In this document: positions 1 to 8,450 of the stretch, in pieces | How the letters are laid out: each line of letters starts with the position of its first letter | How positions within the stretch are numbered: position 1 is the stretch's first letter | Assembly: GCA_021790735.1 (NCBI GenBank) | Contig: JAJYGI010000126.1 | Location: 1 to 55,524 of the forward strand | Length of the DNA stretch: 55,524 nucleotides | Direction of reading: 5' to 3' | Source of the DNA: Actinomycetes bacterium | GTDB lineage: Bacteria; Actinomycetota; Acidimicrobiia; Acidimicrobiales; Acidimicrobiaceae | Program-made: the position numbers and the translations under genes | The notes under the pieces: model-generated | What the model saw: the letters and a program-made list of their open reading frames with translations, nothing else | The model's database searches: none | What the model was told of the DNA's origin: nothing

Positions 1-6
1 TTTTGA

Positions 7-378
7 GCTCTTATAATAGACCCTGCCGGGAGTTGCAACTTTCAAAACGCAGATTATCCGCACGCCTCCACACACAACCCTGGCAATATCAAAGGCAGAT
101 GGGGAGTCATTTGTTCCACTCAGCAAGGGTTTATTACGCTCTCCACTTCCATCTGGGAAAAGTTTTCAAACGCCTTCGACAGTTACTACTTGGAAGTAGC
201 GGATAAGACGAATACCTATAAAAACGTGTCGAGTGTGAAGCAACAGTTCGTTACGTACAACCGAAGCGGCCAAGGCACACAAACTTACTACGTTCAAGCG
301 GTTGCTAATTTTGGGAGCGATGGCAACTCTGCTACAATTAATACACAATCACCAGCTATTTCTGTCACATGCAATTAG
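7..378 (+). pseudogene. Probable remnant or frameshifted 3' part of a small secreted beta-rich protein gene
   Basis: Frame +1 is open from 7 to TAG at 378 (…DPAGSCNFQNADYPHASTHNPGNIKGRWGVICST…SPAISVTCN), but an in-frame TGA sits at 4-6 and there is no start before 190. The C-x-DYPHxSxHxPGxI…C pattern recalls actinobacterial secreted hypotheticals. The 5' context is outside the window. Confidence 0.45.
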
Positions 379-396
379 AGATCGCGAGCAGTAGCA

Positions 397-1350
397 ATGT
401 TAAAGAAACAAGCTTGTAAAGTCGTTAGGAGCGATAAGGTGACCATTTCGAATGAAGCACGCAACTTCTACTGGTACCGCCTTCACGACATATCCTACGA
501 ATACTCATTATTAGATTTGCTTGCAAATTCGGCACCAAAAAGACGAATCCTTGAAATTGGTCGTCCAATTAACCCTGGGGCCGCAACACACCACGACGCA
601 CCCGATCCTTTGGCCATCAAAGACTTCGTCACCCTTGACGCTGAGATGGTTCAACATAATCATTTAGTCCTACTCCGAGATCGGCAAGAACACCTAACAC
701 TCGGCTCGCTCTCTGAGTTCGAAGCGAACCTTTGGAAAAAGTGGCTATCGGAGCATGGTAGCTGGCCTGTCGCAATGTTCCTTGAGAAGTCGCAGTCAGA
801 TTCTAGGCAGATTCGTCCATATGCATGTTTCACTAGAAGGGCTCGCAAATGGCCGGTGTCCGACGATGACGTAGAAGTTGACCTTAAGCAAGATCTTGAG
901 GCCTTTGGTGACAGGTTTAGGAAATTCATTAGCCTTGAGCAAGAACTTGACGGCTTCATGCAAAGACTACGGACCTATCTCAACAACGTGACCGGAACGA
1001 TGGCTGACAAAGATGTAGTTGGCTGGAGTATTAGCCAAGCGGGTGTGGAAAGTTATGACTTGAACATCTTTGCCACTCTCGCTGAAGAAGTAGTCATGAT
1101 GTACAAGGCAGCGAGACGAATGAGAGCTCAAGTGCAAGAGTTTCACACAATATCTTGCTTACTACATACTACTTTGAACTTTCTTGAACACATAAGCTTG
1201 TATCTCCAAGCAGTAGAGCCATCTGATCTTTGGGGAGTTCTTGACTGGTCGTATGATCCTGGTACCCTCTATGATTCAGCAACTGTACTTGGAGAGGCGG
1301 TAAGCGATGCATTTGCGGCCGGCTGGGCAATGGCCTATCTCGGCATCTGA
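397..1350 (+). CDS. Hypothetical protein (317 aa, no recognised motif)
   Basis: Long uninterrupted ORF with a helical, acidic C-terminal half; the start codon is uncertain. Confidence 0.65.
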   Translation: MLKKQACKVVRSDKVTISNEARNFYWYRLHDISYEYSLLDLLANSAPKRRILEIGRPINPGAATHHDAPDPLAIKDFVTLDAEMVQHNHLVLLRDRQEHLTLGSLSEFEANLWKKWLSEHGSWPVAMFLEKSQSDSRQIRPYACFTRRARKWPVSDDDVEVDLKQDLEAFGDRFRKFISLEQELDGFMQRLRTYLNNVTGTMADKDVVGWSISQAGVESYDLNIFATLAEEVVMMYKAARRMRAQVQEFHTISCLLHTTLNFLEHISLYLQAVEPSDLWGVLDWSYDPGTLYDSATVLGEAVSDAFAAGWAMAYLGI

Positions 1351-1729
1351 CCCATTCACATAGAAGGACAGCGAGTAAGCACGTGCGAGTTCTACTCCGA
1401 GAACTACTTCCGGTTCCAAGCGACATAGGCGAACGACAAGCAGAATGAAAGATAGCGATGTCCTCACAAACGAAGTTGATATGGTTTTAAGGGCAGCTCA
1501 CAGGTAACTACACACCTCACCGGTATCGGCATTTTGTTCGACTTGTATCGAAGTAGAAAGAGACCGACACCACCCGCGAGAGATAGCGGAGATTTTCTCC
1601 ACTATGAACTATTACTTCGGGGAGTACATTGGGTATCTAGAGGTGCCTTAGTACATACCCTCTTGGAGTATCCACAAATCCTGTCAATACTCGAACCCTT
1701 GTTCCACAATTCCCAAAAAGAGGAGCAAT

Positions 1730-2040
1730 CTAAGATAGGCTCCAAGTACCACAACACCCTTGGGTTTCAGAACCAGCGTCACTTGGCGAAATAGTAACTA
1801 TGACGGGACCAACGACATTGCCGTTACTTAAAATACTGTTCAGACTCCCCGACAGGGAACTCCCTCTGCCAATAACAGTTCGAACCACCTTGGGTTTGAT
1901 AAGTTCCATAGGCGAGCAGCATGCCGACTACCCAGTTTCCATATCCAAAAGATGTCGACGGACCTGTACTTGTCGTAGTTACCCGTAGCTCTCAACGTGG
2001 TAGCCGACTTCTCGACCTTAACAGAAGGATTTGAGCTCTC
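1730..2040 (-). pseudogene. Frameshifted remnant of an actinobacterial secreted/lipoprotein gene
   Basis: Minus-strand frames join as …TTTSTGPSTSFGYGNWVVGMLLAYGTYQTQGGSNCYWQR / SSLSGSLNSILSNGNVVGPVIVTISPSDAGSETQGCCGTWSLS*. This matches the FGDGxWxVG…PGTY…CYWxR…F.T.GCGTW pattern. Frameshifts lie near 1860 and 1985. Not in the ORF track. Confidence 0.7.
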
Positions 2041-2093
2041 AACCGTTCAATACGTCGTATCCACCTAGAGAACATTGCTATCTTGGATAACAT

Positions 2094-4271
2094 ATGTCCC
2101 AATCTCTTCATGAAGCTCTAGGTTTAACGGACGACGAGTTCAAGATGATCCAAGATGTACTGCAAAGGCCCCCAAATCACTTGGAGCTCGCTATGTACTC
2201 GGTGATGTGGTCTGAGCACTGCTCCTACAAGTCATCACGAATTCACCTTCGCAGACTCCCGACCGAGGGTGAAACAGTCATTATGGGACCGGGAGAAAAC
2301 GCCGGCGTAATCGATCTAGGCGAAAACTTTGCCTTGGCAATTCGCATGGAGAGTCACAATCACCCATCCGCAATTGAACCTTATCAAGGTGCAGCGACTG
2401 GCGTTGGAGGGATACTCAGAGATATTTTTACAGTAGGTGCAAGGCCAATCGCCTTGTTAGATAGCCTTTGGATGGGTCCTCAAGACAATCCCAAATCCCG
2501 ATGGGTATTCAAGGGTGTCGTCTCAGGAATCTCCGGATATGGAAACGCAGTCGGCGTTCCAACGATTGGAGGTGAGACCCACTTCGAGGAAAAGTTTGCC
2601 TACAATCCTCTGGTCAACGTAGCAGCTATCGGTATAGCACTCAAAGAACACCTAATAAGAGCGGCCGCTACCGGAGTCGGAAATAAAGTTGTACTCCTTG
2701 GTGCACCGACTGGAAGAGATGGAATAGGCGGCGTATCAGTCCTAGCCTCGGCTGGGTTCGATAGCGAAACTGACTCCTCCAAGAGGCCGTCGGTACAAGT
2801 TGGTGACCCATTCGAAGAGAAAAAGCTCATTGAACTCTGTCTGGATCTACTTCGCTCAGATCTACTTGTTGGGATACAGGACCTTGGAGGGGCGGGTCTT
2901 TCGTGCGCAACTTCAGAGACTGCTGCAAAAGGTGGATCTTCGATGGACGTGTATCTAGATAAAGTGCCAAGGCGCGAAACAAACATGGAACCCTTTGAAG
3001 TTATGATTTCAGAGTCACAGGAACGAATGCTTGCGATTGTAACTCCTGACAACCTTGAGAAAGTTTTGTCATTAGCCAAGCACTGGGAAGTGGAGGCCGC
3101 TATCATCGGAGAGGTTAGAGAACCTACACCTTGGTTAGACGGTAATGTCCGCGGCATACTTCGAGTCTATGATAGAGAATGTGGAGAACTCCTAGGCGAG
3201 GTGCCCGCCAGTTCTCTAGCTGATGAAGCACCGCTTTACGATCGAGAGATGTCGGAACCTTCATCATGGAGATCTCAACTACAGAAAGAACCTCGACTTA
3301 GCACTCTTGATGACCAACTCATAAAGTATCTATCGCAAAAAGAGTTTGACCCAAGTCTCGTCTATCGTCAATACGACCACCAGCTATTCCTTAACACAAT
3401 CGTACCGCCAGGTTCAGACGCCGCTTTACTTCAAGTGTCTGCTCCTGGAGTTGGAAGAGCACAACGTGCCTTTGGAGTATCGGTCGACGGTAATCCGAGA
3501 TGGTGTAGTGTGCATCCTTACAGAGGCGCTGCGGCGACCGTCATAGAGTCTGCAATGAACATAGCCTGTGTCGGCGCTAAAGCCGTTGCTCTAGTCGACT
3601 GCTTGAACTTTGGAAACCCAACTCATCCACACGTCATGTGGCAGCTCTCAGAGACTGTAGATGGGATCGCCGAGGCCTGTAAAGCGTTGGACATTGCAGT
3701 TGTCGGAGGTAACGTCAGTCTCTATAACGAAGCAAATGGGACTGACATCGACCCGACCCCAACTATCACAACAGTTGGTACTGCTGAGATACCACATCTA
3801 CCTTTGCCCGCCTTGTCTCGTGCCGAAGTTGGGTCGTATCTTTACTTGCTCGGATCCGAGTGCAACACGCTATCTGGCTCCGAAGTCGCAGTCGAGCACC
3901 TGAAGGAGGTCGGCGGAAACCTGTTCGACTTCAGCTACGACTCAGTCAAAGCACTAAGAGACCTTGTAATTGAACTATTTGGCAATGCAACCGCTCTTCA
4001 TGTCCAAGTCCTACACAACGTAAGTTCGGGTGGAGTTCTCCGAGCAACCAGAGAGATCTGCGAATCATCAAGGGTTGGATGTAAACTAAATAAGTCAAAG
4101 CTTACTCTCCCCGAGCTACTTGGAGAAAAGCCCGATCGAATCCTTGCCGTTACCACATCTCCAGAGCCCTTTGAAGAGTTCCTAACGAGCCGGACCGTTC
4201 CTTTTACTCTTATTGGAGAACTCCAAGGTAATACAGTCGACTACGGAGACGAACTAAGTATTCAACTCTAA
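2094..4271 (+). CDS. purL: Phosphoribosylformylglycinamidine synthase subunit PurL
   Basis: MWSEHCSYKSS, ESHNHPS, GRDGIGG, QDLGGAG, DCLNFGNP and GGNVSLYN motifs. Confidence 0.98.
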   Translation: MSQSLHEALGLTDDEFKMIQDVLQRPPNHLELAMYSVMWSEHCSYKSSRIHLRRLPTEGETVIMGPGENAGVIDLGENFALAIRMESHNHPSAIEPYQGAATGVGGILRDIFTVGARPIALLDSLWMGPQDNPKSRWVFKGVVSGISGYGNAVGVPTIGGETHFEEKFAYNPLVNVAAIGIALKEHLIRAAATGVGNKVVLLGAPTGRDGIGGVSVLASAGFDSETDSSKRPSVQVGDPFEEKKLIELCLDLLRSDLLVGIQDLGGAGLSCATSETAAKGGSSMDVYLDKVPRRETNMEPFEVMISESQERMLAIVTPDNLEKVLSLAKHWEVEAAIIGEVREPTPWLDGNVRGILRVYDRECGELLGEVPASSLADEAPLYDREMSEPSSWRSQLQKEPRLSTLDDQLIKYLSQKEFDPSLVYRQYDHQLFLNTIVPPGSDAALLQVSAPGVGRAQRAFGVSVDGNPRWCSVHPYRGAAATVIESAMNIACVGAKAVALVDCLNFGNPTHPHVMWQLSETVDGIAEACKALDIAVVGGNVSLYNEANGTDIDPTPTITTVGTAEIPHLPLPALSRAEVGSYLYLLGSECNTLSGSEVAVEHLKEVGGNLFDFSYDSVKALRDLVIELFGNATALHVQVLHNVSSGGVLRATREICESSRVGCKLNKSKLTLPELLGEKPDRILAVTTSPEPFEEFLTSRTVPFTLIGELQGNTVDYGDELSIQL

Positions 4272-4281
4272 CCCCTAGGAG

Positions 4282-5130
4282 TTACTTCATATTTAGACGT
4301 TCAAGTAGATGCTCTACATACCCTTGGGGTACGCACAGATCGCCTTCTCCTACGCCGGGGTTTAATCCTACCTTGAATGTGCCATGGTAGTCCGAACCTC
4401 CAGTAGGTGAAAGTTCAACCTCTTTAGCCAATGCAACTAAATCCTCTCGTACAGTTGGTTCATATCGCGAGTAGTGACATTCAAGACCGAAGAGTCCTTG
4501 ATCTTTCAGATCGTAGAGCATCTTACGGAGACCACCTCGATCGATGCGCAGTGTAAGAGGATGAGCGATGGAGGCGAATGCGTCAGACTGCTCAACTAGA
4601 ACCAAAAGTTCACCGATAGAGAGGCCTTCCTTTTCTATATGGAAAGGGGAAGTATCGCCAAGGTATCGATCGAACGCTTCATCCATGGTTGCTACGACGC
4701 CAAGATCAATCAGAACCGCAGCAAAGTGTGGTCTAGCAACGTTTCCTTCTTTAGCTTTAGCTTCGACCATCTCTAAAGTAATCTCGATACCAGAGTCCCT
4801 TAGAGATGTCACTAACCTCTCGTTCCTATCTTGGCGTTGAGATCTAAGTTCCCCAAAACGCTCCTCAAGCGGAGTTTTAGTGCCTATAGGAAGATACACT
4901 AGGACGTGAAACGTACCCAGCTCTTTGACTGGAATAGATACCTCAACACCTTTTATTAGAGTGATCCCATAGGCTTGAGCTCGAATCAAAGCTTCCTCAA
5001 CGCCCTCTGTGCTGTCATGATCGGTCAATGCTATGACACTACACCCATACTCGTGGGCTCTATCTACAAGTTCAGATGGGGTATCTGACCCGTCAGAAAA
5101 TGTGCTGTGTAGGTGAAGGTCCGCTCTCAC
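4282..5130 (-). CDS. PHP-domain metal-dependent phosphoesterase (TrpH/YciV-like)
   Basis: DLHLHSTFSDG, ALTDHD, GVEVS, RPH, AHP and GGSDYHG motifs. GTG at 5130 is the likelier start than the track's 5178. Confidence 0.92.
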   Translation of the reverse strand: MRADLHLHSTFSDGSDTPSELVDRAHEYGCSVIALTDHDSTEGVEEALIRAQAYGITLIKGVEVSIPVKELGTFHVLVYLPIGTKTPLEERFGELRSQRQDRNERLVTSLRDSGIEITLEMVEAKAKEGNVARPHFAAVLIDLGVVATMDEAFDRYLGDTSPFHIEKEGLSIGELLVLVEQSDAFASIAHPLTLRIDRGGLRKMLYDLKDQGLFGLECHYSRYEPTVREDLVALAKEVELSPTGGSDYHGTFKVGLNPGVGEGDLCVPQGYVEHLLERLNMK

Positions 5131-5332
5131 TGTCTTACAAGCTAGTCGGCAAGGGCTGCAACAATACGCTCTTAGCACTTATAGAGCCGCTATTGAGCGT
5201 ATATGGTCATCTCTGGTACCAAGACAATGTGATCCTGACATGTCAGATGCTAACCTATAGTAGTGACGTTACTACTTCAACCCGAGTCCTCAGTCCAGCG
5301 CCAGTCGATGTTGCCGAACAAGGAGGTAAACC

Positions 5333-6760
5333 TTGACGTTTGCTGATAAACCTGAGGAGGCCTGCGGTGTCTTCGCAGTTTATGCTCCGGGAAGAAAGGT
5401 CGCCAACCTAACCTTCGACGGTTTATACGCTCTACAACACAGAGGACAAGAGTCCGCAGGCATGGCAGTATCGGACCACCAGTCGGTAACAGTTTACAAA
5501 AACATGGGACTTGTAAGCCATGTCTTTGATGACCGAACCTTGGTGTCGCTTCCGGGAGATCTAGCCATAGGACACACTAGGTACTCAACCACCGGCGCAT
5601 CGAACTGGAGAAACGCTCAACCTGTATATCGCTCGGTGGGACCATACGGATTTGCTGTTGCCCACAATGGCAACCTAACCAACACCGTAGCGCTTGCAGA
5701 GAAGATTGGAATGTTGCCCGGAATGGTATCTTCTGACTCAGATCTAATGGCAGAGCTCATTGCAATGCGATTCCCAAAAGATAAGCCAGAGGGTACAGAT
5801 CCTTCCCTAAAGCCGGGAGAGGCCCTAATTGATGCAACCTTGGACGTTATTCAAGATCTTGAGGGTGCTTACTCCCTTGTACTTATGGACTCCGAGGTCA
5901 TAGTAGCGGTGAGAGACCCAAGCGGATTTCGCCCACTTTGTCTAGGTAAGCTAGAGGCAGGTGGATACGTATTCGCCTCTGAAACTCCAGCTTTAGATGT
6001 CGTGGGCGCTCGATTCATTAGAGAGCTCGACCCCGGAGAGATGGTTGTAGCCGGCGCCTTTGGGCTTAAGTCTTATCATCCTTTCTCCAAGTCAAAGATC
6101 GATCCTAAACTCTGCATCTTCGAGTTCGTTTACTTCGCTCGCCCTGACTCTAGACTCCTAGATCAAGAAGTCCATGGGGCTCGAAGAAGAATGGGCATCT
6201 ATCTTTCTAGAACGCTCCCGGTAGAAGCCGACATGGTCATGGGAGTGCCTGACTCCGGGGTGCCGGCGGCCGAGGGTTACGCGTATGAGTCGAAGATTCC
6301 CTACGGACAAGGACTTGTGAAAAATAGGTATATCGGCCGCACCTTCATATCTCCTGATCCCTCCTCTCGAGTCAGTGCAGTTAGACGTAAGCTAAACCCT
6401 CTTAGCGAAAATATCACAGGAAAACGTCTCGTCGTAGTAGACGACTCGATCGTCCGAGGTACTACTACTAGATCTATGGTCAAGATGCTCAAAGCAGCAG
6501 GCGCCTCAGAGGTTCATCTTCGGATCTCTTCCCCACCGTACAAGTGGCCGTGCTTTTACGGGATAAATACACCGTCTCGGAAAGACCTTCTAGCCGCAAA
6601 GTATGACATGGAAGAGATGCGCACTTACTTAGAGGCAGACTCGTTAGCATTTCTTTCCCTTCCCGATTTGAGAGCTGCAATAGGCTTTGAAGATGGGTTT
6701 TGTGATGCTTGTCTCACGGGGAACTATCCCACCTTCATCTCCATGGAACAGTCATCATAG
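5333..6760 (+). CDS. purF: Amidophosphoribosyltransferase
   Basis: EACGVF propeptide/catalytic Cys, LQHRGQE, GHTRYST, VDDSIVRGTT and C-terminal CDAC; GGAGGT RBS before the TTG start. Confidence 0.98.
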   Translation: MTFADKPEEACGVFAVYAPGRKVANLTFDGLYALQHRGQESAGMAVSDHQSVTVYKNMGLVSHVFDDRTLVSLPGDLAIGHTRYSTTGASNWRNAQPVYRSVGPYGFAVAHNGNLTNTVALAEKIGMLPGMVSSDSDLMAELIAMRFPKDKPEGTDPSLKPGEALIDATLDVIQDLEGAYSLVLMDSEVIVAVRDPSGFRPLCLGKLEAGGYVFASETPALDVVGARFIRELDPGEMVVAGAFGLKSYHPFSKSKIDPKLCIFEFVYFARPDSRLLDQEVHGARRRMGIYLSRTLPVEADMVMGVPDSGVPAAEGYAYESKIPYGQGLVKNRYIGRTFISPDPSSRVSAVRRKLNPLSENITGKRLVVVDDSIVRGTTTRSMVKMLKAAGASEVHLRISSPPYKWPCFYGINTPSRKDLLAAKYDMEEMRTYLEADSLAFLSLPDLRAAIGFEDGFCDACLTGNYPTFISMEQSS

Positions 6761-6797
6761 GTCTAAACTTATTAGTACACAACTATAGAGTGCGGAA

Positions 6798-7856
6798 ATG
6801 CAAAGGAAGTCTCACTTGAGTACGTACAAAGACGTCGGGGTAGATGTTGCTGCCGGTGAAGCGGCTGTCTCTTTGTTCTCTTCAAAAGTAAACAAGACCT
6901 TTGACGACCGAGTGCTAAACGACGTAGGCGGATTTGGAGCACTATATGGCATCGCAAACTTGGGCATCGATGAACCAGCGTTAGTTTCGTCCACTGATGG
7001 AGTAGGAACAAAGACTCAACTAGCTCGTTATCTCGGTAGATACAGCAGCATAGGGCAGGATCTCGTAGCAATGTGCGTCGATGACATCGCTTGCTACGGC
7101 GCCAAGCCACTGTTTTTCTTGGACTATCTTTCAGTAGGGAAACAGATCCCAGAAGTTGTTTCACAACTAGTCACAGGAATTGCCGATGCTTGCCTAAGGG
7201 CAAGATGTTCGCTTATTGGAGGCGAGACAGCGGAACATCCAGGTGTAATGGACCCAGACGACTTTGACTTAGGAGGTTTTGTAGTCGGAGTTGTCGATAC
7301 ACAAAAACTCTGGAGCTCAGATCGGGTTCAAAAAGGTGACGTACTACTCGGACTATCCTCACCTAATCTCCGGTCAAACGGCTTCTCTTTAGTTAGAAAG
7401 ATATATGGACTAGATGCTCTAAATAAAGATAGAGTAGATGGCCGCTCGGAGGTTAGTGCGCCTATCCTTGAACAACTACTTGAGCCTTCTGTAATCTATA
7501 GTCCATACTTGGCCGACATGCCACTTCGCGAAAGAGTGCACGCTGCCTCGCACATAACCGGAGGCGGACTACTACACAACTTGGCTAGGTCCATACCGAA
7601 AGGTCTGCGCGCCAAGGTAGATCAGAAAAGCTGGCAAGTTCCAGAGGTCTTTGAACAGGTAAGTAACGATGGGCAGATCTCTAAAAACGAGATGTACCAG
7701 GTCTTCAACATGGGAATTGGGATGGTACTTATTATCCCCAAAGAAGTATCAGGTACGATGTCGGCCTACTTTGAAGACCTTGAATTAAAGACCTACGAAA
7801 TTGGATATGTAGTCGAGGCTACAGCAAGCGAGGAAAGGTCGTCGTGGATTGAGTAG
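6798..7856 (+). CDS. purM: Phosphoribosylformylglycinamidine cyclo-ligase
   Basis: YKDVGVD, STDGVGTK, GGETAEHPG, SNGFSLVRK, HITGGG and FNMGIG motifs. Confidence 0.97.
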   Translation: MQRKSHLSTYKDVGVDVAAGEAAVSLFSSKVNKTFDDRVLNDVGGFGALYGIANLGIDEPALVSSTDGVGTKTQLARYLGRYSSIGQDLVAMCVDDIACYGAKPLFFLDYLSVGKQIPEVVSQLVTGIADACLRARCSLIGGETAEHPGVMDPDDFDLGGFVVGVVDTQKLWSSDRVQKGDVLLGLSSPNLRSNGFSLVRKIYGLDALNKDRVDGRSEVSAPILEQLLEPSVIYSPYLADMPLRERVHAASHITGGGLLHNLARSIPKGLRAKVDQKSWQVPEVFEQVSNDGQISKNEMYQVFNMGIGMVLIIPKEVSGTMSAYFEDLELKTYEIGYVVEATASEERSSWIE

Positions 7857-8445
7857 CTTTGAGCAACTACGGTCAGAAGATGACGAGTCATTGAAGTCAA
7901 GGCTCCGAAAGCTCATACTGAGGGACTCAGTCCTAAAAGGAGACTTCGTTCTCAAGTCAGGCATGAAGTCCACTTGGTTCATAGACGTTAAAAACACGGT
8001 CTGTCGTCCTGAAGGGCTCGCCATCGTCTCTCTTCTTATCCTTCGCCACCTTCCACACGAGGTAACGGCCATTGGAGGACAAACGATGGGTGCTGACCCA
8101 ATAGCGTTCGGAACAGCAGGCGTTGCAACGTCGCTGGGACGTAGCATACGAAGTTTTTCGATTAGGAAAGAACCCAAAGATCATGGTCCTGGTGGAATGA
8201 TCGCAGGAGTACTTGAAAGTACCGACAGCGCGCTACTAGTAGAAGACGCCGCCTCAAGAGGAACCTCTACTTTATCCGCTGTCCAAGCAGTCCGAAAGAC
8301 CGGTGCAAGCATCGCGTACGCCATCGCCGTAGTAGATAGGGGTGGCACTGCTAATGAGCTTCTCAGACAACACGGAGTTGAGTTTCAAGCGCTTCTCACG
8401 GCTACAGATCTAGGTCTACCGTTTGAGGGTGGCATAACTTCCTAG
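7849..8445 (+). CDS. pyrE: Orotate phosphoribosyltransferase (somewhat divergent)
   Basis: GDFVLKSG, MGADP and RKEPKDHG motifs with a PRPP loop VEDAASRGTS; overlaps the purM stop. Confidence 0.85.
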   Translation: MSSFEQLRSEDDESLKSRLRKLILRDSVLKGDFVLKSGMKSTWFIDVKNTVCRPEGLAIVSLLILRHLPHEVTAIGGQTMGADPIAFGTAGVATSLGRSIRSFSIRKEPKDHGPGGMIAGVLESTDSALLVEDAASRGTSTLSAVQAVRKTGASIAYAIAVVDRGGTANELLRQHGVEFQALLTATDLGLPFEGGITS

Positions 8446-8450
8446 AAAAT

